A DNA stretch of 64,000 nucleotides, taken from assembly GCA_050948665.1 (NCBI GenBank), contig JBMNEH010000001.1:1403813-1467812 (forward strand), read 5' to 3'. How positions within the stretch are numbered: position 1 is the first letter of the stretch; each line of letters starts with the position of its first letter. Source of the DNA: Christensenellales bacterium. Its GTDB lineage: Bacteria > Bacillota > Clostridia > Christensenellales > UMGS416. The notes under the pieces were generated by a model. That model did no database searches and was not told the DNA's origin. It was given only the letters and a program-made list of their open reading frames with translations. Position numbers and translations under genes: made by a program. Shown piece by piece: positions 8,462 to 18,402 of this stretch.

Positions 8462-9319
8462 CTACTGCAGATATTTCTCTTTCATAAAACCTAAACATTC
8501 CAGAAAGCGTATAGCCAGACTTGGTCAAACACTGATCTGAATGTCATCCTAAGCCAATCCCATACCATTGTGCCCATGAGGAAAGATATGGGTCTCGCAC
8601 CACACCCCCCTACCGAATTAATGCTTCCGTCATTATAAGGGTATTCTCACAGGACACCACTTCGTCATCCGCAGTATACCAAAGAAAGCATGGGGCATAT
8701 CCGGATGAACCTGCATGTCCGCACAGAAAAGTTCATCATCCCCGGAGAAATGCTTCCCAAGTAACGCTTCTCTTGAACCCATACGTGTCAGCGCAGGTTT
8801 CATGCTGATTACAGGGTAACATAAGATCACTGCATCTGGACGTGAGGAAAACCTGTCTATCGGATCATCTGCATGAATGCAGGGTCATTCTCATATGAAG
8901 TTTCGACCGTTGCGGCCAAATGTTGCCGGCAGAAAATCCCAAGACAGCAATTTGTCCGGCTGAATATCAAACTCTGCAGCATGATATCTCAGCCAACGCA
9001 TCGCACGAAAGGCATCAGCACGAGAGTATGGATCACCGTAAGGAAAAACGCGATAATTCAATATATAAGCTGGGAGACCCGCATTATTACACATGGGGGC
9101 AATCGGTTCCGCTTCGTGAAAAGCTTTCATGCAATAACCCCCTCCTGGAAGTGTCGAATCTGCGCTATGTCTTCCTTAGCAAGAAGCGGGGTAGCAAGTT
9201 ACGGAAGGAGCGTCCAGCCCGCTACCGAAGGAGGATAACACCATATCCCAACCGGGAGGTGTATCCCACAGCAGCCTTATATCCTTATCCGGAAAGTTTT
9301 TCCATTCGATAATTTCCAT
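8462..9319 (-). pseudogene. Alpha/beta-hydrolase (acetyl-esterase/lipase-like), heavily decayed
   Basis: The hand translation follows an esterase pattern: PGGGY..., YRVFPYGDP, nucleophile elbow GFSAG, HLAATVETSYEN, DRFSSRPDAVILCYPVIS, FLWYTADDEVV, HIFPHGHNGMGLA. These segments are spread over all three frames. There is an in-frame TAA at 9176-9178, further stops, and at least five frame changes. The ATG overlaps the stop of the upstream HAD gene (TAATG). Confidence 0.8.
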
Positions 9320-10155
9320 TATTCAAGCCTTCCCATTTCTGTACATTCCAAATAGACAGCTACATCTTTGAGTCGTGGGAATACCAGAGCTGGCCGTATT
9401 TTGGATACCGCTATGTCTTCCGGGGTTGCTTCGCCTGTCAAAACGCAAACTGATAGAAGACCATGACGCACGCCGGTAGCAATATCCGTATACAACCTGT
9501 CCCCGCATATGCAAATTTCCTCTTTCTGCATTCCTGTCATTTCCATTAATCCATCTACAATAGGAGCATTTGGTTTTCCGATAACTACATCAGCTTTCCG
9601 ACCAGTAGATGCCTCAATGAACGCCATTATTGCGCCGATATCCGGGATGAAGCCGTTTTCAACTGGGCAGTTGAAATCCGGATGAGTTGCTATATATGGA
9701 AGTCCGGAGCGTATATAATCACAAACACGGGTCATCTTTTCATAATCTAAAGTTGTATCAAACCCGACAAGGACAACATCCGGATCTTCATCGGTTAATA
9801 GAATTCCATATTGCAGACACTCCCGTCTCAAGAATGCATTACCAAGAAGCCATACCTTCTTCCCCGGGTAAACTCTGCGTAAATACTGGCAGGCTGCCAT
9901 TCCTGAGGTATAAATTTGTTCATCTGTGGCGTTGCATCCCATTCTTTGCAGCTTTTCCACATAATACGCACGGTCATGCGAGGAATTGTTTGTCATAAAA
10001 ACTATACTGACTCCCCTACTCTGCATTATATTGTAGAAGTCTAATGCGCCATCTAAAAGGCGATCCCCCAAGTAAAACGTGCCATCCATGTCCAATGCAA
10101 AACAGCGTATAGTCTTCAACTTCCGTAACGCTTCTTTTGTATTAATTAAATCCAT
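9319..10155 (-). CDS. HAD-IIA family sugar phosphatase (NagD-like)
   Basis: FALDMDGTFYLG (DxDG nucleophile motif), FMTNNSS, GKP and GDRLYTDI motifs. Confidence 0.88.
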   Translation of the reverse strand: MDLINTKEALRKLKTIRCFALDMDGTFYLGDRLLDGALDFYNIMQSRGVSIVFMTNNSSHDRAYYVEKLQRMGCNATDEQIYTSGMAACQYLRRVYPGKKVWLLGNAFLRRECLQYGILLTDEDPDVVLVGFDTTLDYEKMTRVCDYIRSGLPYIATHPDFNCPVENGFIPDIGAIMAFIEASTGRKADVVIGKPNAPIVDGLMEMTGMQKEEICICGDRLYTDIATGVRHGLLSVCVLTGEATPEDIAVSKIRPALVFPRLKDVAVYLECTEMGRLE

Positions 10156-10621
10156 ATTCCCCTCCTCTGCTCAAAGAGATTATAACACAGCCGTACTTTC
10201 TTTTCACCTTTTATATACGGTGTTGAAGTTATACCGGAAATGGTATACTATACTATAAGGTATTTGGTCGACATGAGAGAGACTTAACCGATATATCGAC
10301 CTAGGAGCCAGCGCTGACTTTTGTGACAGCCTGAGAGTTAATGGAGAAAATACAGACACATGTATGTCGCAAAACAGAAATCATCAAAGATACTAGCATA
10401 GCATTCTATGCATCCGATGTGTCAATATGGGTTAAGGCTACTCTATTTTGTGTGGAAACAATTAACGGCACAGAGCTTCGCGCAAAGCCGGAGCAGACAA
10501 TAATCGCAATATAAATTCTATATACCATCTATGAAATCGGATCGCATTGTCCAACTACTGTATTTCGATTAAATACATCTTCTTTCATGTAATAGGCTAT
10601 TGATCGATGGAGGAGGCAATC

Positions 10622-12373
10622 ATGGATCTAAAAACAAATACTGCGGCTTTTTCTCTGTTAAGGCAAATCTTGAACAGCGAAACTGCAACTATATCACATA
10701 TCAACACGCGGCCACAGAAGCCACGTTTTATCCCTTCGAAGATTCTGCAACCATTTGAGCGCACCGCACCTGAAACAGAAGGCGTCTCTTCGTCACGAAT
10801 CGCTTCCTTCATACAGAAGTTGAGAAATGATAATGAGCTTGACCCACATGGCCTTATTGTACTTCGAAACGGTAAAATTCTTTGCCAGACTGCTTTCGGC
10901 GCTTATCAACAGGATATATGGCATGTCACCCACTCTGCATGCAAAAGCATAACCTGCTTAGCCATTGGAATGCTTGTGAGTGAAGGAAAACTACATCTGG
11001 AAGATAAATTAATCGATTTGCTTCCAGAGCACGTGACAAGGCTGGGTAAGCTCACCCACAAGGGGATTACTCTGCGCCATCTTCTGACAATGACAAGCGG
11101 AGTGCTTTTTAATGAAGCCGGATCTGTTACGGAAACAAACTGGGTTAAGTGTTTTATGGAGTCCGCTGTTATTACTGAACCGGGCAAAACTTTTAACTAT
11201 AACAGCATGAACACATACATACTGAGCGCCATTGTTAAAGCAATTTCCGGAGAAGATTTAACAGCGTATCTAAAACCCCGGCTTTTCATACCATTGGGAA
11301 TCGAGAACATTTTCTGGGAGAAATGCCCCATGGGAATCGAAAAAGGTGGATGGGGTCTCTACATCTTGCCAGAAGACATGGCGAAAATCGGTCAGTTGGT
11401 TTTACAGAAAGGGAAATGGAAAGACCGTCAACTCATATCCGCCGCATGGATCGAGGACGCCACTTCCGCTCATGTGCATCCGTCGTCTGAGTTAGGTAAC
11501 TATGATTACGGTTATCAGATATGGGTCGGTAGAGCCGACTCCTGCTTCTTATTTAACGGAATGTTTGGACAAAATGTACTGGGGTTTTGGGATAGCCAAG
11601 TATTACTCGTTACAAATTCCGGCAATAACGAGTTGTTTCAGCAGAGCAATTTCTATCAGTATGCTTCTGCGTACTTTGGAAATGTCGCAAAGCTTGACGC
11701 CGTTCAGAAAGAAGATGCAACTATTTCTCTTTCAGAAGCTTATAGGTTTGCAGCAAAAGACCATCACGGCAACCAAAGCGGTCTGCTGCAAACCCTGTAT
11801 AAAACCCCTGTTATGCCTCGAGCGCAGATTTTTTATACATATTTAAATGAGAAATCTTTCGTCACACATGATACAAAGGCCTTATCAGTCGGTGTATATC
11901 CCCTATTCGCTCAAATTGTACAGAATAATTACACCAAGGGAGTGTCAGGTATCATGTTTTCTGTAGAAAAACGAAAATTATACATGATTATTGCAGAAGC
12001 AGGCGCTATATATAAATTACCTGTTTCTGAAAAAGAACCTCAGTACACTGAAATAAACCATCATGGTGAGATTCACCAGGTCGCTGTACAGTCTTCTTTT
12101 AGCTGGAATGAAGACCAGATTCTTGTATTAAAGACGCGTATTTCATATTTGGAATCTTCCAGCGCCCGCCTGATTCGGTTCTATTTTTACCCGGACAGGC
12201 TTGTCACTCGCTGGAGTGAAACACCAGGGCTGCCTTGTTTAATCAGAGCTCTGGTCGCGGTCAAAGAGCGTTTCTCTATTATCAATGCTTTAGTGGATAG
12301 AAATGACGAAGAATTCCTACAATACCGTATGAAGCGGGTTTTTGAGCCAGAAATCATCTTTACGGAAAACTGA
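10622..12373 (+). CDS. Serine hydrolase of the beta-lactamase (class C / PBP-like) family with a C-terminal extension
   Basis: S-x-x-K motif (HSACKS) in a beta-lactamase-like N-terminal half. Start moved to the ATG at 10622 behind GGAGGAGG; the ORF-track start is 10607. Confidence 0.75.
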   Translation: MDLKTNTAAFSLLRQILNSETATISHINTRPQKPRFIPSKILQPFERTAPETEGVSSSRIASFIQKLRNDNELDPHGLIVLRNGKILCQTAFGAYQQDIWHVTHSACKSITCLAIGMLVSEGKLHLEDKLIDLLPEHVTRLGKLTHKGITLRHLLTMTSGVLFNEAGSVTETNWVKCFMESAVITEPGKTFNYNSMNTYILSAIVKAISGEDLTAYLKPRLFIPLGIENIFWEKCPMGIEKGGWGLYILPEDMAKIGQLVLQKGKWKDRQLISAAWIEDATSAHVHPSSELGNYDYGYQIWVGRADSCFLFNGMFGQNVLGFWDSQVLLVTNSGNNELFQQSNFYQYASAYFGNVAKLDAVQKEDATISLSEAYRFAAKDHHGNQSGLLQTLYKTPVMPRAQIFYTYLNEKSFVTHDTKALSVGVYPLFAQIVQNNYTKGVSGIMFSVEKRKLYMIIAEAGAIYKLPVSEKEPQYTEINHHGEIHQVAVQSSFSWNEDQILVLKTRISYLESSSARLIRFYFYPDRLVTRWSETPGLPCLIRALVAVKERFSIINALVDRNDEEFLQYRMKRVFEPEIIFTEN

Positions 12374-12824
12374 ATTTGTTATAATTCATGAAGTTGTATA
12401 TGCCAGTAGAAAGTAATTTCGTGCGATTGAAGATTTGTATTGTGCGTCATTTTCCGGTGATTTTGGTATATTTGTTGTGCGAAGAACATCTTATATAAAA
12501 CATACTCAGAGATTCTCTTCTGCCAGAACTAAGAATTCGTTCTATTATGACAAATGGATAGCAAATTACTGTGCTTGGGAAAGACTACAGTTTTTTCGCA
12601 GCAGTAATTATCAGGTATTTGGTTGTGTTATTCTATATAGTCATGAACGGAGAACTAGAATATACTATAAACACAACACAAAGAGAATGTTCCTTCTATC
12701 AAGGAAACATTCTCTCTTGCTATCATTTTCTGTTACATGTGCAACCATTACGTGAGTTTTCTATAGAGCACTTCTCATGCAACAAGACGGAATACCTTCA
12801 AAAGTATCAAAACTGTTTTCTTCC

Positions 12825-13784
12825 TCAATTATTCTTTCCGAAAAGATTCCGCAACCAGTCACCAAGCTTAATAAAGAATTGCACTATTTTTTGAACGACA
12901 GATAGCGCCTCTTGGTTCTTTTGCTGTAGGGTATCCATGTTCTGCTTAAATCTTACAATCTGTTGGAAGAATTGTTGCGGATCAATATCCAGTGCAGCAA
13001 TTTTTTGTATCACTTCGAGGATCTGTTCCACCTGTTCATCTGTCAATGATATATTTTGTGCGGCGGCGATATCCCGGATCGCTTTACGTATCTCATCCGG
13101 ATTCGTCAATGACTTTTCAAGGACCTCGGCCTTAATCTCAGCCATAAGCGCAGCAGCTTCCTCGCTACCAAACAGCTCGCCCAACTCACCCGTTGTAATC
13201 AGTTCCGCACTTGCGGCATCTTTTGCCGATTCGCTGAGCTCAACACCACTGGCGCTCTCATAGGCTTTATAAACACCAGCAAGCGCAGCGGTTCCGGAAA
13301 CACTTAAGGGGGCTGCCACAATTACCTTTGCGTTGGCAATTCCTGCAGTTATAAGAGCATTTGTATACATTGAAGGAGAGACCCAGTTAATATTATGTGT
13401 ATCAACACGAATACCGTAGCCCTCTTCTTCCATGACAATATAAACTGAGGACAAAGAACGGGAACCGATTTTATCCGCAGAAATATAACTGTCAAGCAAG
13501 GCATGTTCGTCCTCAATATGCACATACACGATCCCGATAGCTTCAGCCTCACTCATTGTGAGACCCATATACTTCAGTACTTGTTCTTTCTGTTTCTCTG
13601 TAAGGTTGTACCCTAAACACACAGTACTTTTCATAGGCCTGGTAGTCTCATCAGGATCCGACGTTGAAGCAGCTTCAGGTGTTTCAGTAGCTGCAGCACC
13701 CTCTCCGTCTGCCAAGGCAATGCTTCTACCGATACCGCCGGTTAATAAAATCAATGCAAATATAAATACAAAAAGCTTTTTCAT
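12825..13784 (-). CDS. Secreted DUF1002-family protein
   Basis: Signal peptide MKKLFVFIFALILLTGG, then VCLGYNLTEKQKEQVLKYMG... and VSPSMYTNALITAGI..., as recalled for the DUF1002 (YpuA-like) family. Confidence 0.7.
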   Translation of the reverse strand: MKKLFVFIFALILLTGGIGRSIALADGEGAAATETPEAASTSDPDETTRPMKSTVCLGYNLTEKQKEQVLKYMGLTMSEAEAIGIVYVHIEDEHALLDSYISADKIGSRSLSSVYIVMEEEGYGIRVDTHNINWVSPSMYTNALITAGIANAKVIVAAPLSVSGTAALAGVYKAYESASGVELSESAKDAASAELITTGELGELFGSEEAAALMAEIKAEVLEKSLTNPDEIRKAIRDIAAAQNISLTDEQVEQILEVIQKIAALDIDPQQFFQQIVRFKQNMDTLQQKNQEALSVVQKIVQFFIKLGDWLRNLFGKNN

Positions 13785-13907
13785 GTTTTCTTACCTCCAA
13801 AGCAAGCATTACAGCTTACGAGTTAAGTATGCCATAAGAAAATGAAATATGCAAGCCAACTAAAAAGGGTGTAGCGCTCGGCATGCACCTTCTCTTAATG
13901 CGTTCAA

Positions 13908-14102
13908 TTATTTAACGATTACAGCGTTCAGTTTCTCCAGAATCTCATCTGCATTTACGCCGTGTACCGCACAAGCCTGTTCAATAGATTCTCCTGCAGA
14001 CATCGGACATCCAAGACAATGCATACCCATTTCCATAAAAACGGCAGCGGTACGACGATCCAAACGCAAAACCTCTCCGATTGTCATTTCTTTTGAAATC
14101 AT
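13908..14102 (-). CDS. DUF1858 / hybrid-cluster-protein-associated redox disulfide protein
   Basis: 64 aa with the GMHCLGCP motif and flanks typical of this small-protein family. Confidence 0.7.
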   Translation of the reverse strand: MISKEMTIGEVLRLDRRTAAVFMEMGMHCLGCPMSAGESIEQACAVHGVNADEILEKLNAVIVK

Positions 14103-14313
14103 TTATTCCCCCCCCTTCCTTTGATTGTTGTTTTTAAATATGCTCATACTACCTTATTGTGAATTTCCAAGGGTATCGGCTCATATTACTGGCACCTAAA
14201 ACCAGAACCAGAACTATATATAATCATATAAGCATCCTTGCATGGGGCAATATATTATCATAGTTGAAACTGTATGGGCCAACAAGCTTTAAGTTTCGTC
14301 TATTAACTACTCC

Positions 14314-14820
14314 TTACGAAAAAACGACCTGACCAAAAACACAATCCACACGAATCATAATTTCTTCTCCTTCACCGTTAGAGAGGATAAAGGTTTTATC
14401 ACCGAATCCGTTCAGCGTCCCAAAGTCTCCGATAATCTGTCCAAATGCACAGTTGCACTTAATTCGTATATTTTTTCCCTCAGGAAGCTTTATTTCCGTT
14501 TTGCCAAATACATTATCTACCTGATACTTCTCCCCTGCTTCAGCATCTGAAAAATCAGCAAAAACATGACTGAAAACCGCGGTGGTATCTTGCGCAGTCG
14601 AGGTATTCTGTTCGGTGAAAACATGATCCCCCTCACCTGTTTTAAATACATTTCGGTTTGTACCGCTTGTTGTCAAAAGGGAAATGCCGACCATTACGGC
14701 AAATATTCCGGCAATTACAACAAATACATTAAATTGCTTAGTGGTAAACTGCTTTAATAAAAAGACAACACCGGACAGTATCAAAAATATTGCCCAAAAT
14801 AAACCGGAAAACAGTTTCAT
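14314..14820 (-). CDS. Membrane protein with a LiaF-like C-terminal domain
   Basis: Two N-terminal TM helices, and a C-terminal beta-rich region with repeated xVFG motifs (VFGKTEIKLP, CAFGQIIG, CVFGQVVFS). Start moved to the ATG at 14820 behind GGAGG. Confidence 0.5.
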   Translation of the reverse strand: MKLFSGLFWAIFLILSGVVFLLKQFTTKQFNVFVVIAGIFAVMVGISLLTTSGTNRNVFKTGEGDHVFTEQNTSTAQDTTAVFSHVFADFSDAEAGEKYQVDNVFGKTEIKLPEGKNIRIKCNCAFGQIIGDFGTLNGFGDKTFILSNGEGEEIMIRVDCVFGQVVFS

Positions 14821-14923
14821 TATGCCAATGCCTCCAATTTTAGGATTGACATACCCGTTCCGAGTATGTAAACTCATTATAGCATAGTGTCTTGCACTTT
14901 ACAACGTTACGCTGGGAGGTAGC

Positions 14924-15946
14924 ATGAAAGTTGTTGTCTTAATTCCTGCATATAATCCGGATGAGAAATTGCTTGATACACTAAAAACACAGCATGACGC
15001 AGGTTTTGATTCCTTTGTACTGGTTGATGACGGAAGCCGGCCAGACTGTGAGCCGATATTCAGGAAAGCTTCCGCTTTTCCCGGTGTCTCAATTGTTCGA
15101 CACAGCATAAATTGCGGGAAAGGGCGAGCATTAAAAACCGGGTTTAATACCATTCTTCAGCTTTATCCGGATACGGTTGGGGTAATTTCCTGTGATGCAG
15201 ACGGACAGCATCCAATAGAAGCTATGATTGCCGTATCGAAAGCAATGGAGGAGCATCCCGACAGCCTTGTGCTTGGAGTCAGGGAGTTTCTTAAAGGGAA
15301 AAATGTACCTTTGCCAAACTTGGTAGGAAATATGATTACCCGCTTTGTTTTTAAATTAGTAACTGGGATTTACTTTAAGGACACACAGTGCGGCTTGAGA
15401 GGCTTTCCTATATCTGTTGTTAAACAAATGATAACAGTCGAAGGTGAGCGCTTTGACTATGAAAATAAGATGTTGCTGGCTGTACGTGAGCGCAGAATCC
15501 CTGTAGTACAGATTCCCATGGAAGCTGTTTATATTGGCAACAATGAGACCAGCCATTTTGACAGAGTTCAAGACTCTTTACGCATATATAAGACCATCTT
15601 AGGATTTGCGGTTTTGCCGATAATCGGCGCATTGGTTTCTTTCCTCTTGTATTTTTACCTAAGAGACTTGTTTACGCCCTTTTATGGTCCCTGGATATCC
15701 TATGCTATCGGACTTGCAGCAGGCTACCTCTTTCTTCTTTTCTCCTTACCCCGGAAAAAGGTAATACCCGGCATATTGCTCTTTACTCTTTTGGGCAGCA
15801 TAGCAGTCACTTGTATGGCTGCCCTCCATATTGCCCATTTGTATCCAACAGGTATTTGGTTCATACTTGCTATTCCCTTAGGAGCAATGAACTACTGTGT
15901 TTGGTTAAATCTCCGCTATGGGAATAAGCCGCAAAACATATACTAA
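14924..15946 (+). CDS. Family 2 glycosyltransferase with a C-terminal membrane domain (GtrB / polyprenyl-phosphate glycosyltransferase-like)
   Basis: VLIPAYNPDEKL, VDDGS and DADGQH motifs, followed by about four hydrophobic helices. The RBS is GGGAGG. Confidence 0.85.
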   Translation: MKVVVLIPAYNPDEKLLDTLKTQHDAGFDSFVLVDDGSRPDCEPIFRKASAFPGVSIVRHSINCGKGRALKTGFNTILQLYPDTVGVISCDADGQHPIEAMIAVSKAMEEHPDSLVLGVREFLKGKNVPLPNLVGNMITRFVFKLVTGIYFKDTQCGLRGFPISVVKQMITVEGERFDYENKMLLAVRERRIPVVQIPMEAVYIGNNETSHFDRVQDSLRIYKTILGFAVLPIIGALVSFLLYFYLRDLFTPFYGPWISYAIGLAAGYLFLLFSLPRKKVIPGILLFTLLGSIAVTCMAALHIAHLYPTGIWFILAIPLGAMNYCVWLNLRYGNKPQNIY

Positions 15947-15951
15947 AATCA

Positions 15952-15978
15952 GGAGCCTGCTGATATTTCGCAGGCTCC
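15952..15978. terminator. Hairpin between convergent GT2 and clpC (candidate bidirectional terminator)
   Basis: GGAGCCTGC / GCAGGCTCC, a 9-bp stem with a 9-nt loop, in the 43-nt gap between two convergent stop codons. Confidence 0.6.
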
Positions 15979-15989
15979 CATTCTAATAA

Positions 15990-18401
15990 TCATTTCCGGA
16001 GGATTATTTTATCTCCCTCCAATAAAGCCTCTGCTTCGTCCCCCTCCACAAGGCCGCCACCCAGGATTTCATCCGACAGAGCATTCTCCAAATGCTGCTG
16101 AATAACGCGGCGCAGTGGTCTAGCACCAAAATTCTCGTCATATCCCTCCTTTGCCAAATAGTCTCTTACTTCATCAGAGACAGATATAGATATATGACGC
16201 TCTCCAATAAGTTGAATTACTTTCTCTATCATTAGGTTAGCGACCTTCTTAACATCCTCCAGCGTCAGTTTCTTGAACACAATCATCTCATCCACACGGT
16301 TTAAAAACTCCGGTCGAAATGTCGTCTTAAGAGCATCCATAATGGTACTTTTCATATTTCTATAGGCTTCTTCGTCTCTGTGTTGTTCTGAACCAAAGCC
16401 AACGGGCTTAGAACCCGATATAGTAGCCGTGCCGACATTTGAGGTCATAATCAACACAGTATTGCTAAAATTGACCGTTCTGCCCATACCGTCTGTCAAT
16501 CGTCCGTCCTCCATGATTTGAAGAAGCATATTAAACACGTCGGGATGTGCCTTTTCTATTTCATCCAGCAAAACCACAGAATATGGCTTTCTTCTGACAC
16601 GTTCCGTGAGTTGACCGCCCTCTTCATACCCAACGTATCCAGGGGGCGCACCTACCAGACGCGAAACGCTGAATTTTTCCATATACTCAGACATATCAAT
16701 ACGTATCATAGCCTCTTCGCTGCCAAACATCACCTCTGCTATTGCTTTACATAGCTCAGTTTTTCCGACGCCTGTCGGTCCAAGAAGCAAGAAGGATCCT
16801 ATTGGGCGCTTTGGGTCCTTTAAACCCGCTCTTGCCCGCCGTATTGCTTTTGAAACTGCTGTTACAGCCTCATCCTGCCCGACAATCCTACGATGAAGCA
16901 GTTCCTCTAAATGCAGCAAACGATTCGCTTCGTCTTCTGTCAACTGCTGTACCGGGATACCTACCCAACTAGATACAATCTGTGCAATTTCTGGCTCGTC
17001 AACTACAAGCTCATGCTGTTCCCGTTTTTCCTCCCAAAGATTCCTTGCGGTTTCCATGGCTAATCTTGCCAGCTTCTCATCGTCACGCAACTGGGCTGCT
17101 TTCTCATAGTTCTGCTGCATGATCGCTTCGTTCTTGGCTCGAGTTATATCCGAAAGTTTTTCCTCCATCTCCCGCATATCCGGAGGAGCAGTATAGTTGT
17201 GTATCCGGACTCTGCTTGCAGCCTCATCCATTAGATCAATAGCTTTATCTGGCAAATATCGATCCGTTATATATCTGTCAGACAGACGCACTGCGGAACG
17301 CAATGCGTTGTCGGTTATTTTCACTTTATGATGCGCCTCATATCTGTCCCTAAGACCCAAAAGAATTTCATACGCCTCTTCTGTCGTGGGTTCTCCTACC
17401 ATAACGGGCTGAAATCGTCTTTCTAGCGCCGCATCTTTTTCAATATACTTACGATACTCATCTAAAGTTGTCGCTCCTACTGCCTGGAGTTGACCACGCG
17501 CAAGAGCCGGCTTTAAAATATTAGCGGCGTCCATAGTTCCTTCAGCAGCACCCGCGCCGACGAGGGTATGGAGTTCATCAATAAAAAGAATCACATCCTT
17601 TGATTTGATGATTTCGTCAATAGCTCCCTTCAGGCGTTCTTCAAATTCACCTCGAAATTTTGCCCCTGCTATCATGCCGGACAAATCAAGTGACAATACA
17701 CGCTTCCCTCTAAGTAAATCGGGAATATTGCCTTCAGCAATCTTTTGAGCAAACCCTTCAACTACAGCAGTTTTACCAACACCGGGCTCACCAATTAATA
17801 CTGGATTATTCTTTGTTCGGCGACTGAGAATCTGAATGACCCTTTCAATTTCCTTTGAGCGGCTTATCACAGGGTCCAGTTCGCCCTGCGCCGCTGCCTT
17901 CGTCAAGTCTCTACAGAAGCGGTCCAGCTTTGGTGTTTCAGGCGAATCTTCATCCTGTGATGTGTGTTGGGCTCCCAAGAGTTTCACAATTTGATCAGAC
18001 AACTCCCGAGGATTGACATTTGCATCTGTTAGTATTCTGACCGCTACGGAATTCTGTTCACGAAGCAATGCTAACATAAGATGTTCGGTGCTGACATAGT
18101 CGTGTTGAAACCGATTTGCTTCTCGAACTGCATTCTCAATTACATTCTTCGTTCGTGGAGTATAATCAAAATCCTTTGTAAAATGGAAATCCCCTTTACC
18201 AACCAATTCAATAATTCGGCGTTCGATCAAACTCTCATCTACCCCGGACAGAATCAGCAGCCTAGCAACTGCACTGTTATGCAAGGAGACGACTCCTAAG
18301 AGAAGATGCTCCGTGCCAACATAGTTATGGCCAAACTCTCTGGCAAATTGTTGAGATTGCTGTAAAGCAATTTGCAGATTATGTGTAAATTTCCCGTTCA
18401 T
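15990..18401 (-). CDS. clpC: ATP-dependent Clp protease ATP-binding subunit ClpC
   Basis: Clp-N repeats, two AAA+ modules (GEPGVGKTA and GPTGVGKTE), and a UVR-like linker. Start set to the ATG at 18401 (MNGKFT...), adjacent to the mcsB stop. Confidence 0.95.
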   Translation of the reverse strand: MNGKFTHNLQIALQQSQQFAREFGHNYVGTEHLLLGVVSLHNSAVARLLILSGVDESLIERRIIELVGKGDFHFTKDFDYTPRTKNVIENAVREANRFQHDYVSTEHLMLALLREQNSVAVRILTDANVNPRELSDQIVKLLGAQHTSQDEDSPETPKLDRFCRDLTKAAAQGELDPVISRSKEIERVIQILSRRTKNNPVLIGEPGVGKTAVVEGFAQKIAEGNIPDLLRGKRVLSLDLSGMIAGAKFRGEFEERLKGAIDEIIKSKDVILFIDELHTLVGAGAAEGTMDAANILKPALARGQLQAVGATTLDEYRKYIEKDAALERRFQPVMVGEPTTEEAYEILLGLRDRYEAHHKVKITDNALRSAVRLSDRYITDRYLPDKAIDLMDEAASRVRIHNYTAPPDMREMEEKLSDITRAKNEAIMQQNYEKAAQLRDDEKLARLAMETARNLWEEKREQHELVVDEPEIAQIVSSWVGIPVQQLTEDEANRLLHLEELLHRRIVGQDEAVTAVSKAIRRARAGLKDPKRPIGSFLLLGPTGVGKTELCKAIAEVMFGSEEAMIRIDMSEYMEKFSVSRLVGAPPGYVGYEEGGQLTERVRRKPYSVVLLDEIEKAHPDVFNMLLQIMEDGRLTDGMGRTVNFSNTVLIMTSNVGTATISGSKPVGFGSEQHRDEEAYRNMKSTIMDALKTTFRPEFLNRVDEMIVFKKLTLEDVKKVANLMIEKVIQLIGERHISISVSDEVRDYLAKEGYDENFGARPLRRVIQQHLENALSDEILGGGLVEGDEAEALLEGDKIILRK

Positions 18402-18402
18402 T

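Noticed and set aside
8873-9312. Plus-strand ORFs of 121 and 130 aa
   Set aside because: They lie antisense to the decayed esterase gene and have no recognisable motifs. The minus strand explains the region.
12374-12824. ORFs at 12435-12755 and 12571-12894 in an AT-rich gap, and likewise 23734-23937 and 23875-24069 in the 23603-24093 gap
   Set aside because: They have aberrant composition (rich in Phe, Tyr, Cys and Ile, with stop-prone frames), overlap one another, and lack an RBS or motifs. They are treated as non-coding spacers. One plausible hairpin (AGAGAATGTTCC/GGAAACATTCTCT, about 12682-12715) may terminate a neighbouring gene, but I could not assign it confidently.
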